A DNA stretch of 64,000 bases, from positions 3,936,001 through 4,000,000 of the forward strand of contig OZ240245.1 of the NCBI GenBank assembly GCA_965198175.1, read 5' to 3'. Below are positions 10,173 to 20,045 of this stretch, one piece after another. The translations under genes were made by a program, and so were the position numbers. The DNA comes from Candidatus Poribacteria bacterium (GTDB lineage: Bacteria; Poribacteria; WGA-4E; PCPOR2b). Numbering within the stretch: the first letter of the stretch is position 1; each line of letters starts with the position of its first letter. The notes beneath the pieces are model-generated. The model was given only the letters and a program-made list of their open reading frames with translations, searched no databases and was not told the DNA's origin.

Positions 10173-11039
10173 TTAGTTCTTACCTTCCGCCAATTTGAGA
10201 CGACCCCAGACGCTAATCAACCGCTTATGCTTAGGTTCGACCGCTAGAGTGCTCGTCGACCAATCGGGCTGATAATCGCCTGTAGGGTCGTTGGTGAGAT
10301 TGAGAATCCGATCGGCGTTCAAATCGTAAAGATATATATCCCAGTTATCTTCGCTAAATTCACCCTTTTCTTCTCGTCCAGTGAAGGCAATATGTGTCCC
10401 ATCCGATGACCAACTGTAGCCGCTAGTTAAAGCCCATGTTCGAGGTATGCGGAGTGTTTCGATATGTTGTCCATTTTTTGTCATGATATTTAGACTAGCA
10501 TCATTCACAGTACCGTCTTTTGATGACTTATAGATAATCCTGTTACCGTCCGGCGACCATCGCGGACGCAAATGCACAAAGCCTTGGTCAGTCAGGCGCA
10601 AAGGTTTTTTCCCATTAGCATGCATCACAAAAATCGATCTGCCAAGTCCTGCCTGCCCCTCATAGGCGATTTTTTCCCCGTTCGGGGACCAACTCGGTCT
10701 TGAGGCAAACCCGAAATCAAGGTTATTATCGGTTAACCGCTTGACATTTGCGCCGTCAACATCCATGACATAGATATTCCAGCCGCCGTCACGAGAACTT
10801 GCGAATGCAATCTGACTGCCATCCGGAGACCAGACCGGTGCAGTGTCACTCTCATTCTCCAGACTGTGCGTCAACCGGCGAATCTGACTGCCATCCGGGT
10901 TCATAACATAAATTTGTCTATTACGACTTTCACGGTAAGAAGAAAACAAAAGCTTGCCTTGTAGCATCGGGAACGCATGTGAGTTGAGTAATACTAGCGT
11001 GAGACAAACAATCAATACAATTTTCATTATCATTTTCAT
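10173..11039 (-). CDS. TolB-like/PD40 beta-propeller protein with C-terminal W-x-x-L-K tail
   Basis: Signal peptide MKMIMKIVLIVCLTLVLL, repeated PxWSPDG motifs, ends AVEPKHKRLISVWGRLK. It lies within the longer ORF 10173..11519. Confidence 0.8.
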   Translation of the reverse strand: MKMIMKIVLIVCLTLVLLNSHAFPMLQGKLLFSSYRESRNRQIYVMNPDGSQIRRLTHSLENESDTAPVWSPDGSQIAFASSRDGGWNIYVMDVDGANVKRLTDNNLDFGFASRPSWSPNGEKIAYEGQAGLGRSIFVMHANGKKPLRLTDQGFVHLRPRWSPDGNRIIYKSSKDGTVNDASLNIMTKNGQHIETLRIPRTWALTSGYSWSSDGTHIAFTGREEKGEFSEDNWDIYLYDLNADRILNLTNDPTGDYQPDWSTSTLAVEPKHKRLISVWGRLKLAEGKN

Positions 11040-11187
11040 CTCGGAGGTATCTCTTTTAGGAATTGCAAATTTTGGAAGAGTGAACAGACCACTCCCGGCG
11101 CAGATGAGAGAAAAACAGCCGATTCCGACAAGAATCACTAATAAATCTCGGCAAACGAATCCTTTGATTTTGGATAATCTTGGTGAT

Positions 11188-11519
11188 TGATTTTTCCCGT
11201 CGGCGTCCATCACGTAGAGTCCACTGCCCTCTGGTCGTTGCCAATAAAAAGCGATTCGCCGACCGTCGGGTGACCATGCTGGCGTGTAGTCACCACTAGG
11301 ATGATTGGTTAGATTGCGCTGATTTTTCCCATCAGCGTCCATCAGGTAAATATCGTCGTTGCCACCCCTAAACGAGGTGAAGGCAATTTTAGGCGTTCTG
11401 GGCGCCTGCCCCCACCCATCGGCGGATAATATGGCACTGCCAAAAAAGACTAATAAAATTATAACGATGTTAAACCAACGACCTCGATTCATCCCTCTGT
11501 TTTGTCGGAAGTTGAACAT
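11188..11519 (-). pseudogene. Truncated TolB-like protein N-terminus, reading in frame into the next gene
   Basis: Signal peptide plus KIAFTS and only about 2 blades (IYLMDADG, PAWSPDG, LYVMDADGKNQ), then an abrupt loss of similarity. Confidence 0.6.
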
Positions 11520-11554
11520 ATTTGCACCTCATCTGGCAGCGTTGAGTAGAGAGC

Positions 11555-12523
11555 CTAATCGGATAGCGACTTTTTAATCTGCCCCCAGATTACTGCTGTT
11601 AGGCTGTTTGGGGACATTCCGAGCGAAGGTACAATGACATCAATCCAATCAATCCAATTGGCGGTGACCTTGTTGAGTAACTTCGGTCGAAGTGTATCAT
11701 TTACATTCACTACATACATGCCGTCCCGCTGGACATTTCCTCCCCATGTCTTGGAGACAAAGACAATATGATGCTCATCAGGTAGCCAACGCGGGCTCCT
11801 TTCTATGGTGCCGCGCATTCTGATTCTTCGGAGACCCTTACCGTCCCTACCGATGAGGCTAACGTCCCATTCTTCTGAAATATCTAGGTGCATATAAGCC
11901 AAGCGGTCGCCATCGGGCGACCAGGCCGGCTGGGTGCTCTGTCCAAGATTATCTGTCAATTGCTCAGCATTCTTGCCATCTGTGTCCATTACCCAGATTT
12001 GCCCATTCGATTTATAGGCAATCTCATTCCCGCGGGGCGACCAAGTTGGATACTCATTCAGAATACCCTTGTCAACATTGGTGTGAGTAAGCTGGATAGA
12101 CTTGCCCCCGTCCACATCAATAACAGAGATTTGAAAGTCTGACGAATAGACAATCTTTTGGCCATCGGGCGACCAGTCAGGACAGATATCGAGAGTAGCA
12201 TCGCGTGTTACCTGCCGGAGTTCAGTTCCGTTGCTATTGACGATATAGATATCCCCGCTACCATCTCTGTTCGAGGCAAGAGCGATTTCTTCCCCGTCAG
12301 GGAACCAAGCTGGATGATTAATCTCCCCTTGCCCGTCAGTAACCGATACTCTCTGAGAATCGTCTACATTCATTATCCAAATATGATCGTCGCCCGGGTC
12401 GTATACGATTGAACCGGCGAATTGACCATTACTGCTGCGTACGCTGATGGTCAAGAGAAATATCTCCCCCAGCATCAATAACACCCCAATTTTTCTCATA
12501 GCGACTTTCATATTTCTAATCAT
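11555..12523 (-). CDS. TolB-like/PD40 beta-propeller protein
   Basis: Signal peptide, multiple PxWSPDG repeats, tail SPNSLTAVIWGQIKK; AAGGAG RBS. Confidence 0.85.
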   Translation of the reverse strand: MIRNMKVAMRKIGVLLMLGEIFLLTISVRSSNGQFAGSIVYDPGDDHIWIMNVDDSQRVSVTDGQGEINHPAWFPDGEEIALASNRDGSGDIYIVNSNGTELRQVTRDATLDICPDWSPDGQKIVYSSDFQISVIDVDGGKSIQLTHTNVDKGILNEYPTWSPRGNEIAYKSNGQIWVMDTDGKNAEQLTDNLGQSTQPAWSPDGDRLAYMHLDISEEWDVSLIGRDGKGLRRIRMRGTIERSPRWLPDEHHIVFVSKTWGGNVQRDGMYVVNVNDTLRPKLLNKVTANWIDWIDVIVPSLGMSPNSLTAVIWGQIKKSLSD

Positions 12524-12646
12524 TAGATTCTCCTTGGGTGAACCCTTTGAAAGGCATTGAACATTTCAAAGGGTTGGATAATTTAATCTATACCTTCCAC
12601 AAAATCGGAAGATTATCAGCGAATTTTTCATTTGTTTTGTAGAGAA

Positions 12647-12663
12647 AGCAAATACCGTGCCAA
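12647..12663 (-). promoter_or_regulatory. Sigma-54 (-24/-12) promoter upstream of the TolB-like genes
   Basis: Minus strand TTGGCACGGTATTTGCT matches TGGCACG-N4-TTGC with GG-N10-GC spacing. Confidence 0.7.
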
Positions 12664-12974
12664 AATCGCAAGCAAAGAGTGGTGTGGGAGAGCCAGACGG
12701 TGCTTGCTGCGAGAAAACTGACGAATCGACAATGAAGTGTTATGCTGACACAACTGTGTCCATTTACGCTACACCTTTGTACAATTTTTGAACAGAACGG
12801 GCCGACTGCTACAAAGTGAAACTCAATAAGATTTGCAGCCTCTCACAAGAGATTGGAACGACTTAACATCATCTACGAAGCACCTAACGGGGTGCTGGTT
12901 GAGTAATAAAACGTACCGAGACGGAGCTAGCAAACTCTGTTGAAGGGGGGTTCGACGGAATGATTAAATACGAA

Positions 12975-14065
12975 TAGGACTTACGCAAGCGCCATGTTAA
13001 TAGCCGGAGATTTTAACTGTTGTCGTAAATACGCTTCCAGCATCCCGTGTTTAACCTGATAAATGGTTCGTCCAGTCTGGTACGCCATAGTTGCAAGTCG
13101 AATCCAAACTAACAATGCACAACCGATATGGTTGCGAACAATCCGTGCCAATCGACATTGACATTTTTCGAGACCGGTGAGTTGTTTGGCTTCACGGTGA
13201 AATTGCTCAATCTTCCACCGCCAGTTACACGCCTGTTGTGTCACTGAAGTGTCGTTTTGTGCTAAGTCGTTAGTGACGACATAATCCGTGCGTCCGGTAT
13301 CAGACGCCACCCGAAATAATTTCACCTTGTGGTCTCTGGGAAACCCTTTGATTTTGATACGTTTGCCTTCATGAAGTTCGGTCGGTGTCCAAGCTAAGTT
13401 GTCAATGCGTTGGTACGGTTTATTGGCGTTTGAATCGTCAACCAGCCGATTGGTTTTTAGTGGGCAGTAGTAGACTTTTCCCAAGTTTTCAATGTGTAGC
13501 ATCACGGTTTTGGTAGCATACCAACTGTCCATCAGCACTGCTTGAAAGAGAAGTTGTCTCTGGTAGACCAGTAGAGATAACATGTCTCTGACGTGGTCTA
13601 ACTTCGTTTTGCCGTCTCCTTCTGGGTCGTAAATCCGGTAGTCAATTACCCAGAAACGGTCTAGCAGTGGATTCACATAGACACAAGTAACTACTCCGAT
13701 GCCGTTGATAACACCCCGGGCGTTGCCACTGTATTGACGACGTACTAACTCAATATGCCTAGCGTGCTTTTTATCTAAAACCGTGTCATCAAAGATGACA
13801 TATCCTTCTTCAACTTGAACCAGATGAGGTTTAACGTTTTCCCACACCAAGCGAGGAGGAATACAATCTCCCGCCAGATAACGGTTTATCATATCATGAC
13901 TGAAATCTTCGCTGTGGTCGGCGAAGTGCGTTAAGGTATAGTTAATTGGACTGCTCAGCAGATACTGACAGTAATCAAGCCGGGTTGGTTTCACCATACT
14001 TACCTCCTCGTTCCTTATTTTACTGCTTTTTACTGTCCGTGTCTATCTGCTCCGCGTAACTCCTA
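12975..14065 (-). mobile_element. IS701-family insertion sequence
   Basis: Terminal IRs TAGGACTTACGC (12975) and GCGTAACTCCTA (14054-14065, 1 mismatch) flank the transposase. Confidence 0.85.
12981..13997 (-). CDS. IS701-family DDE transposase, apparently intact
   Basis: IFDDTVLDK, LMDSWY, RWKIEQFHREAKQLTG motifs; GAGGAGG RBS; stop codon lies inside the IR. Confidence 0.9.
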   Translation of the reverse strand: MVKPTRLDYCQYLLSSPINYTLTHFADHSEDFSHDMINRYLAGDCIPPRLVWENVKPHLVQVEEGYVIFDDTVLDKKHARHIELVRRQYSGNARGVINGIGVVTCVYVNPLLDRFWVIDYRIYDPEGDGKTKLDHVRDMLSLLVYQRQLLFQAVLMDSWYATKTVMLHIENLGKVYYCPLKTNRLVDDSNANKPYQRIDNLAWTPTELHEGKRIKIKGFPRDHKVKLFRVASDTGRTDYVVTNDLAQNDTSVTQQACNWRWKIEQFHREAKQLTGLEKCQCRLARIVRNHIGCALLVWIRLATMAYQTGRTIYQVKHGMLEAYLRQQLKSPAINMALA

Positions 14066-14227
14066 AATAACCTGGAAATTGTTCCCCTCTGTTCCAGTCA
14101 TATTTAGACGATATTCGTCATTTCCACGATTCCTTGTTTTTCTAAATTTGCTACGCCTGTTGTCTGATAATACCTTGCGTTCTTCTATTAATGCTGTGAT
14201 TTCCTGATTTGAAAAAATAATATCCAT
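14063..14227 (-). pseudogene. Gene fragment downstream of hsdS, truncated by the IS701 end
   Basis: Manual translation MDIIFSNQEITALIEERKVLSDNRRSKFRKTRNRGNDEYRLNMTGTEGNNFQVI; the stop TAG is supplied by the IS IR. Confidence 0.5.
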
Positions 14228-14235
14228 ATATTAAA

Positions 14236-15480
14236 TTATTCCGATTTAACCAACCGCACCCGCCCCGTGAGCAGTTGCTGCATCATTCCCTGCTTGATTG
14301 CGCGGGTCTTGTTTCTGCGCTCTTCAAGTGCCGAGATCTCAAGGTCTATGTCAGTAAGCACAGATGCAATCGCTTCTTGTTCCGCTTTGTTGATTGGGAA
14401 AGTCACCTCAATTTTATTCATCTCTGACTTATTTAGTTTAGCGCGCGTTCCGCTGGTTAAGTATGGGAGAATGTTCTTGTGGACCAAAGAAAAAAATATG
14501 AATCCTTGACTGTAATTAGGTTTGGCTTTTAGGATATGCGCGTGATTGTTTACCCAGATTTTGCCTGACATTCGATAGGCTATCGGCCGGTTAGCATACT
14601 CGTCGAAATATCCTCCATCTTCAGCAATTAAAATAACGTCATCATCAAGAACAAAGTCATTCACGTAATCAAGGACGCCATTAGCTCCACAATATGGATA
14701 AGGACCGGGTATATTAGCTCTCTCGATTTCGTTTAAGGGTATACGAACATTATCTAGGCAAATGACAACGTCCCCAAGTCGCTTCGTCGCCCACTCCCCG
14801 CCAAATCCCGGCAGGCGCGTCTTGCCGGTGAGGAGTTGCTGCATGGCTGCCTTTTTGATTGCCCGCTTCTTGGCAATTAGCGCGTCCAACGCCCCAATCA
14901 ACCCATCTACATCGGATAACACTTCAGCGATGGCGCATTGTTCGTTCTCGGGCGGGACTGCAATCCACACAGCGGACAATACTCGCCCATTGGTCAAGGC
15001 ACGTGTTGTGTATGTTGCATTTGATACAATCTGAGATCTGACAATCTTGGGCGCGAAGCAATACTGCTTGTAACGATGGTTGAGACGCACATTACGGGGT
15101 CGAGCACGAAGAACAAAGCCACTAAATACGGTATCGCAAGGCTCGTCTAGCATAACGGCTGCGACACCAATCTCTTCAACAGTTTCCGATGTGCGAGTAA
15201 AGAACACATCTCCTAGCCTCACTACGAAGTTCCTAATCTCTTCGGGACTTAGATTTACCCGCCCCGATAGGTGTTCCGCCCTTAGCCCCGGATGCTCAAA
15301 AACATCCATATAATTAACGATAGGAACCCCTGTCCCGAAAAAACGCTTGGCTTTGTTTAGACCGTTCTTGAATGTAAAGAGTTCGCCAAGGGGCACTGCA
15401 TCCCACTCGCTTGGAAGTGCCCCAATGTTAGTCTGTTTGTAGCCTTTTGGTAGCCTTTGTTGACTCGCCGTTAGATTCAT
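14236..15480 (-). CDS. hsdS: Type I restriction-modification specificity subunit
   Basis: Two TRDs separated by conserved EQxAIA..L / MQQLLTG..RL repeats; N-terminal PKGYKQT..G.LP.EW. Confidence 0.92.
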   Translation of the reverse strand: MNLTASQQRLPKGYKQTNIGALPSEWDAVPLGELFTFKNGLNKAKRFFGTGVPIVNYMDVFEHPGLRAEHLSGRVNLSPEEIRNFVVRLGDVFFTRTSETVEEIGVAAVMLDEPCDTVFSGFVLRARPRNVRLNHRYKQYCFAPKIVRSQIVSNATYTTRALTNGRVLSAVWIAVPPENEQCAIAEVLSDVDGLIGALDALIAKKRAIKKAAMQQLLTGKTRLPGFGGEWATKRLGDVVICLDNVRIPLNEIERANIPGPYPYCGANGVLDYVNDFVLDDDVILIAEDGGYFDEYANRPIAYRMSGKIWVNNHAHILKAKPNYSQGFIFFSLVHKNILPYLTSGTRAKLNKSEMNKIEVTFPINKAEQEAIASVLTDIDLEISALEERRNKTRAIKQGMMQQLLTGRVRLVKSE

Positions 15481-15482
15481 AA

Positions 15483-17941
15483 CTACCCTAATCCCATTAC
15501 CCTCAAGTGATCCTCAACCTTCGCACTCAATGCCTCTACCTCGCTATCCAGTTCCGGCAATGGCTGCGCATACCGCTCTTCTAGCTCTTTCACTCGACCG
15601 GTGAGTTGCTGCGTCAGGCGTTGCACTGCGGTTTCAATCGCCGATTGGATGCTGGCGAACCACTTGTCTTCGACGACGAGCGTCTTGATTTCTGCTTCCG
15701 TGAGCGTCGCGTAACGATCCAACACCTTCGTATTGAGCGCATTTTGCGCGTCTTTGACCGCCTTGTCCGCATTGGACTTAGTCTCTAACAGGGACAGACA
15801 ACGCTCAAGTGCATTCCGTTCCTCGTCGGTATCTTCCTTGTCGAGTGGCGTCACCAAATCCGGTGTGATTCCCTTTAGCCGTTCCTTGATGCTGCCCATA
15901 GTGACGTTGCCTTTGTCGTTTACCGCGTCCATCAGCAAACCCTCATCTCCGGTGTGTTCCTCAACGAAATCCTCAAACGCGCTGGCGGCGTCCTCTCTCT
16001 CCGCTTGTAGCGTCTCAAGAACCTGCTGTTCGTCGGCGAAGTATCGTGCAATAATCAACGCGGGCGGAATTAGGTCCATCTTATACTTTTTGCGTTTAAG
16101 CGTCAGATCGGGCGTCTCCTTGATTTTCCTGTTCTTGTCCTCAATGGCATCGCGTGGTTGGGCTGCCTCCCCCCAGCCATTAGTAGCGATAAGGTAAATG
16201 TCATCTTGCATCGTCTCTTCCCAGTAGTTCATTAGCCGTTGGTAGACATCGTACCGGTCAAGCAGCGGCATTTCGGCGAAGCGCTGAAGTATCTCCTCGG
16301 ACATAGCGTGGACAATTTCTTTCGGGGACGTTCCAACATCAATGCCTAACAGGAGAGCTTCGTGGGCATCTCGCCAAGCGTTGAAACTGGCAGTCACTCG
16401 CTGTAGGAAAGCGTTGAATTCATAATGATTGAGGATAGTGGCTTTTACCTGTTTTGTTTCCACTTTTGGGTCGCTGTACCCGTGTCTCCCGTTACCCTTG
16501 AACAATTCTCGACGCAGCGAAGGAAATACCGTCCAATAGGTGTCAAGCGCGTCAATGTCAGAGTCGGGGATGCCGCCGTTCAGATGCGCGTCAAGATCGT
16601 GTAAATCTTCCGGTTCGCTGGCGTCAATGTAGCGCGGGATGTTGAGGTTGTAATCGTTGGCGGGATCGGCAATTCGGATACCGGCACCATGCGGGAGTAA
16701 CCCTCAAGCTCAGTCTGCTTATTGAAGACATCCACAATCTTGTGGATGTCCTGGGCGCGAAGGCGGTTCTTGTTGCCGTCTTTGAGGAAGCCCTTGCTGG
16801 CGTTAATCATGAAGATGCCGGTGCGGGCGTGGGCGTTCTCCTTGTCGATAACCAGAATGCAGGCGGGGATGCCGGTGCCGTAGAAGAGATTGGCGGGCAA
16901 ACCGATAATTCCTTTCATGAAGACATGTTGAATAAGCTTTCTGCGGATATCCGCCTCTTTGTTGCCGCGAAACAGTACGCCATGGGGAAGAATGATAGCA
17001 CCCTTTCCCCTGCTGTTGAGCGACGCGATGAAGTGTAGCAGAAAGGCGTAATCGCCGTTCTTGGCGGGCGGAACCCCGTACTCAAAGCGACGGAACTCGT
17101 CGTGTGCCGGATTGAGACCATTAGTCCACGCTTTATCGGAGAAAGGCGGATTAGCCACAGCGAAATCGAAGGTCTTCAAGCCATTCCGTTCACTCTTGAA
17201 GTATGGAAGAGATAATGTGTTGCCATGCCAAATACCGGCGGTTGGATAGCCGTGAAGGTACATGTTCATCTTCGCAAGCGCGTAAGTGGCGTTGTCCTTT
17301 TCCTGACCATAGATGGTGATGCCGTGTGGCGCCTCGTCAGCCGCTTTCAGCAGTAGCGAACCGGAGCCGCAGGTGGGATCGTAGATTGTGTGTTGCAAGC
17401 GGGTGTCTGAACCAATGCCAATCACTTTCGCCATGATGCGAGAGACCTCCGCGGGCGTGTAGAACTGTCCCTTGCTCTTGCCCGACTCGGTGGCGAAGTG
17501 ACGCATGAGGTACTCGTAGGCGTCGCCGAGCAGATCGTCGCCCTCAGCACGGTTGGTGCGGAAATCGAGGGATTCGAAAATGGAAACTAGCTTGGAGAGC
17601 CGATCTTGCATCTCTTTGCCGGCGCCGAGCTTACTCTCGTCGTTGAAATCCGCCTGATCGATGACACCCTTGAGGTCGTTTGTTTCGGCGAACTTGCCGA
17701 TAATCTTGTTGATTTTTTCGCCAATCTCAATGTCACCTTTCAGGTTCACCATGTCAGCGAAGCCTTCACCATCGAGGACTTCAATCAGCGCGCCGGTCTT
17801 TGCGGCGTACTTGTCCGAGACATACTTCATGAACAGCAGCGTTAGGATGTAGTCCTTGTATTGGGAGGAATCCATGCCGCCGCGCAATTCGTCGCAGCTT
17901 TGCCAGAGGGAAGCGTAGATTTGTGATTTCTTCAGTGCCAT
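15483..17941 (-). pseudogene. hsdM: Type I R-M methyltransferase, split by a 1-nt frameshift near 16673
   Basis: GQFYTP, DPTCGSG, ANPPF, LPHGVLFRG. Restoring one A in GAA-ATT gives ...VSEIADPANDYNLNIPRYID..., continuing into ORF 15483..16505. Confidence 0.85.
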
Positions 17942-17944
17942 AGT

Positions 17945-18418
17945 TGTCTGGACTGTGATTTATGGGATTTTGGGATTACCTTGATTTTTTTGCTTGAACA
18001 TCTTGTTGGTTACTCTTTTGAACTGAAGACTTTTTGCGCCAAAGTTGATTAGTAAACCGACCTCCAAATCGTATGCCTCCAAATAATTGATTGCCTGCGC
18101 CAGTTGGACTTCATCCAGTTGGATAATAGCCTTCAATTCAACAGAGACAACACCTTCTAACAAGAAATCAACTCTTCGCGTGCCAATATTTGCTGCCCTC
18201 TGTAGTAGATAGGCATCTCGTGCTCACGGCTGAAAACAATGCGTTGATCTGCCATTTCGATTGCTAATGCCCTCTGATAAATGACTTCCTGAAATCCGTT
18301 GCCTAACGCAGAATGAACCGTCATGGCACAGCCAATCACGTTCCCCGTCAACACCGAAAACTTGTGTTCTTCTTTAATCATAGCCCATCAATCAATCATA
18401 CAAATCACAGTTCAGACA
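17945..18418. repeat. IR-bounded unit 1 (GxxExxY)
   Basis: TGTCTGGACTGTGATTT at 17945-17961 and AAATCACAGTTCAGACA at 18402-18418. Confidence 0.85.
17960..18381 (-). pseudogene. GxxExxY protein, frameshifted
   Basis: Near-identical to 20064..20483 but with a 2-nt insertion at about 18187 (CCAATATTTGC vs CCAATTTGC). Confidence 0.85.
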
Positions 18419-18440
18419 GCAAAATTGTCTGGACTGTGAT

Positions 18441-18567
18441 TTATAGGATTTTGGGATTACCTTGATTTTTTTGCTTGAACGTCTTGTTGGTTACTCTTTT
18501 AAACTGAAGACTTCTTGTGCCAAAGTTGATTAGTAACCCAACCTCAAGATCGTATGCCTCCAAATAA
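18441..18567 (-). pseudogene. GxxExxY 3' fragment
   Basis: Encodes YLEAYDLEVGLLINFGTRSLQFKRVTNKTFKQKNQGNPKIL*. Confidence 0.85.
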
Positions 18568-18571
18568 GCGA

Positions 18572-18964
18572 TCACAGAAGCTCCTCTGACCAACGGACGA
18601 CAATATCTGCGATGTCCATCGCATCCACATATTCATGTTCGTCAACTGGCTCCGCCACGCCGGGATAGCGTGTGTCCACTGCATACGGAGTGAGCCTTAC
18701 AGCACGGCGAACCGCGATCGGAACAGAGATACCATGTTCTTCAAGCATAGACAGTAGAAGAGCCACGTTGTGTACATAAGGGAAATCAATGTTACGCGAG
18801 AGCATGACGGCCTTGATGGCTTTTTCCGCGGCCTGCTGAGCTTCGAAGCACAAGTCTTCCAGGTAGACATCGGGAAGGCGGTTTTTCGCCATCGCGAGGC
18901 TGCTTCTGGCGCGGTTTAACCACTCTCGCGGATCATCGGGCGGAAATCATTCAGGTGGCTTCAT
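18572..18964 (-). pseudogene. HEPN-domain protein with in-frame stop at codon 6
   Basis: MKPPE*FPPDDPREWLNRARSSL...FEAQQAAEKAIKA...H...TRYP; TGA at 18947-18949. Confidence 0.75.
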
Positions 18965-19277
18965 ACACGACCATACCTTCCTGCAAGGCAGGCTTGATGA
19001 CCAAAGCGTTGCTGTCCTTGTATCGCTCAAGATCCGCTGGCGAAACCAATATCGCGTCGACGGCAACGCGCACTCCGTAGAGGTTCTCGTAAATTCCTGC
19101 CCTGAGATTCTTCGCGTCGCCACCCTCTTTGATTATGAGCAAATCGACGTCACTGTTTCGTGTCATCGCGCCTCGAACGGCGGACCCAAAAAGTATGATT
19201 CGCTCCGGCTGGGCTACCTCAACTACGCGCCGGATGATTTCGTCCAGTGTGCTCTGGTCCAGTTCCCGTTTCGTCAT
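18951..19277 (-). CDS. Minimal nucleotidyltransferase (MNT), partner of HEPN
   Basis: ILFGSAVRG...SDVDLLII motif; overlaps the HEPN start. Confidence 0.88.
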   Translation of the reverse strand: MTKRELDQSTLDEIIRRVVEVAQPERIILFGSAVRGAMTRNSDVDLLIIKEGGDAKNLRAGIYENLYGVRVAVDAILVSPADLERYKDSNALVIKPALQEGMVVYEAT

Positions 19278-19427
19278 AAACCAACCTTGTCTAGCTTTAT
19301 CATCTTCCCAATTGGCTTCTCCCGATTGCCTTGGGCTTTCCAATTTACGAACCTTCAGTTGTTGCTCCCGGTACGTACGGCTTCTTCGGCCGCGGTGCTG
19401 GGGAAAATCGACAAAAAGACCTCAGGG

Positions 19428-19865
19428 TCAACTCCAGACAGCGACTATCACCGCTTGCCCGAGAAGCGCCACTCCGTTATAACTTAGGTTGAGCCAGAAG
19501 AGCCCCGCCTTCCGCCCCTCATAAGCGACCGACTGGTACGCGACCGGGAGGATGAAAGCAATCAGCACCATGAGCGCCAAGTAGACCCCCACCATCGCGT
19601 TCCCACTCCTCCCGGCGATTGAGACGATGCGTGCGGCTCCACCCATCCCTGCGAATAACTGCGCCAGGATGAACGCGGTGACCAGTGCCAGCAAGAAGCT
19701 CACACCATAAGTCTTCAACGGGTTGAAACCTTCTTGAATCTCCTCTGCTGTGGTCTCCATCAGTTCGAGCCACCGCTTGCCAAATAGCGGGCCATACCAG
19801 AGAGCGCCGATAATCATCGGAACGATTCCAGCAACCAACACCGCCAGAAAATTGACTTCATGCAT
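19428..19865 (-). CDS. DUF1761-family membrane protein, copy B
   Basis: NFLAVLVA...IGALWYGPLFGKRW motif, four hydrophobic segments, AAGGAG RBS. Confidence 0.8.
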   Translation of the reverse strand: MHEVNFLAVLVAGIVPMIIGALWYGPLFGKRWLELMETTAEEIQEGFNPLKTYGVSFLLALVTAFILAQLFAGMGGAARIVSIAGRSGNAMVGVYLALMVLIAFILPVAYQSVAYEGRKAGLFWLNLSYNGVALLGQAVIVAVWS

Positions 19866-19900
19866 GATTCTGTTCTCCTTCTGTTCCCTATCAGTGCCAC

Positions 19901-19955
19901 CACAGCCAATCACGTTCCCCGTCAACACCGAAAACTTGTGTTCTTCTTTAATCAT
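19901..19955 (-). pseudogene. GxxExxY 5' fragment
   Basis: Encodes MIKEEHKFSVLTGNVIGC, identical to the start of unit 1. Confidence 0.85.
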
Positions 19956-19996
19956 AGCCAATCACCCAATCACACAAATCACAGTTCAGACAGTCA

Positions 19997-20045
19997 CGCA
20001 ACTCTGCCAGAGCGAGGCGTAGATTTGTGATTTCTTCAGCGCCAT
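19997..20045 (-). pseudogene. Duplicate hsdM 5' fragment (16 codons)
   Basis: Encodes MALKKSQIYASLWQSC, the same peptide as the start of hsdM at 17941. Confidence 0.85.

Larger units (their letters stand above)
18426..19992. repeat. IR-bounded unit 2 (GxxExxY ends enclosing HEPN, MNT, DUF1761)
   Basis: TGTCTGGACTGTGATTT at 18426-18442 and AAATCACAGTTCAGACA at 19976-19992. Confidence 0.75.

Noticed and set aside
11160..11192. GATTTTGGATAATCTTGGTGATT at the TolB truncation point as a GxxExxY-type repeat
   Set aside because: Only loose GATT periodicity; it lacks the TGTCTG terminus.
14236..15480. Invertible hsdS shufflon
   Set aside because: Only one hsdS with ordinary internal direct repeats; no silent TRDs and no recombinase.
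18947..18949. Selenocysteine or stop readthrough in HEPN
   Set aside because: The position is not a Cys-like catalytic site and other genes use TGA as stop; CGA>TGA is the simpler explanation.
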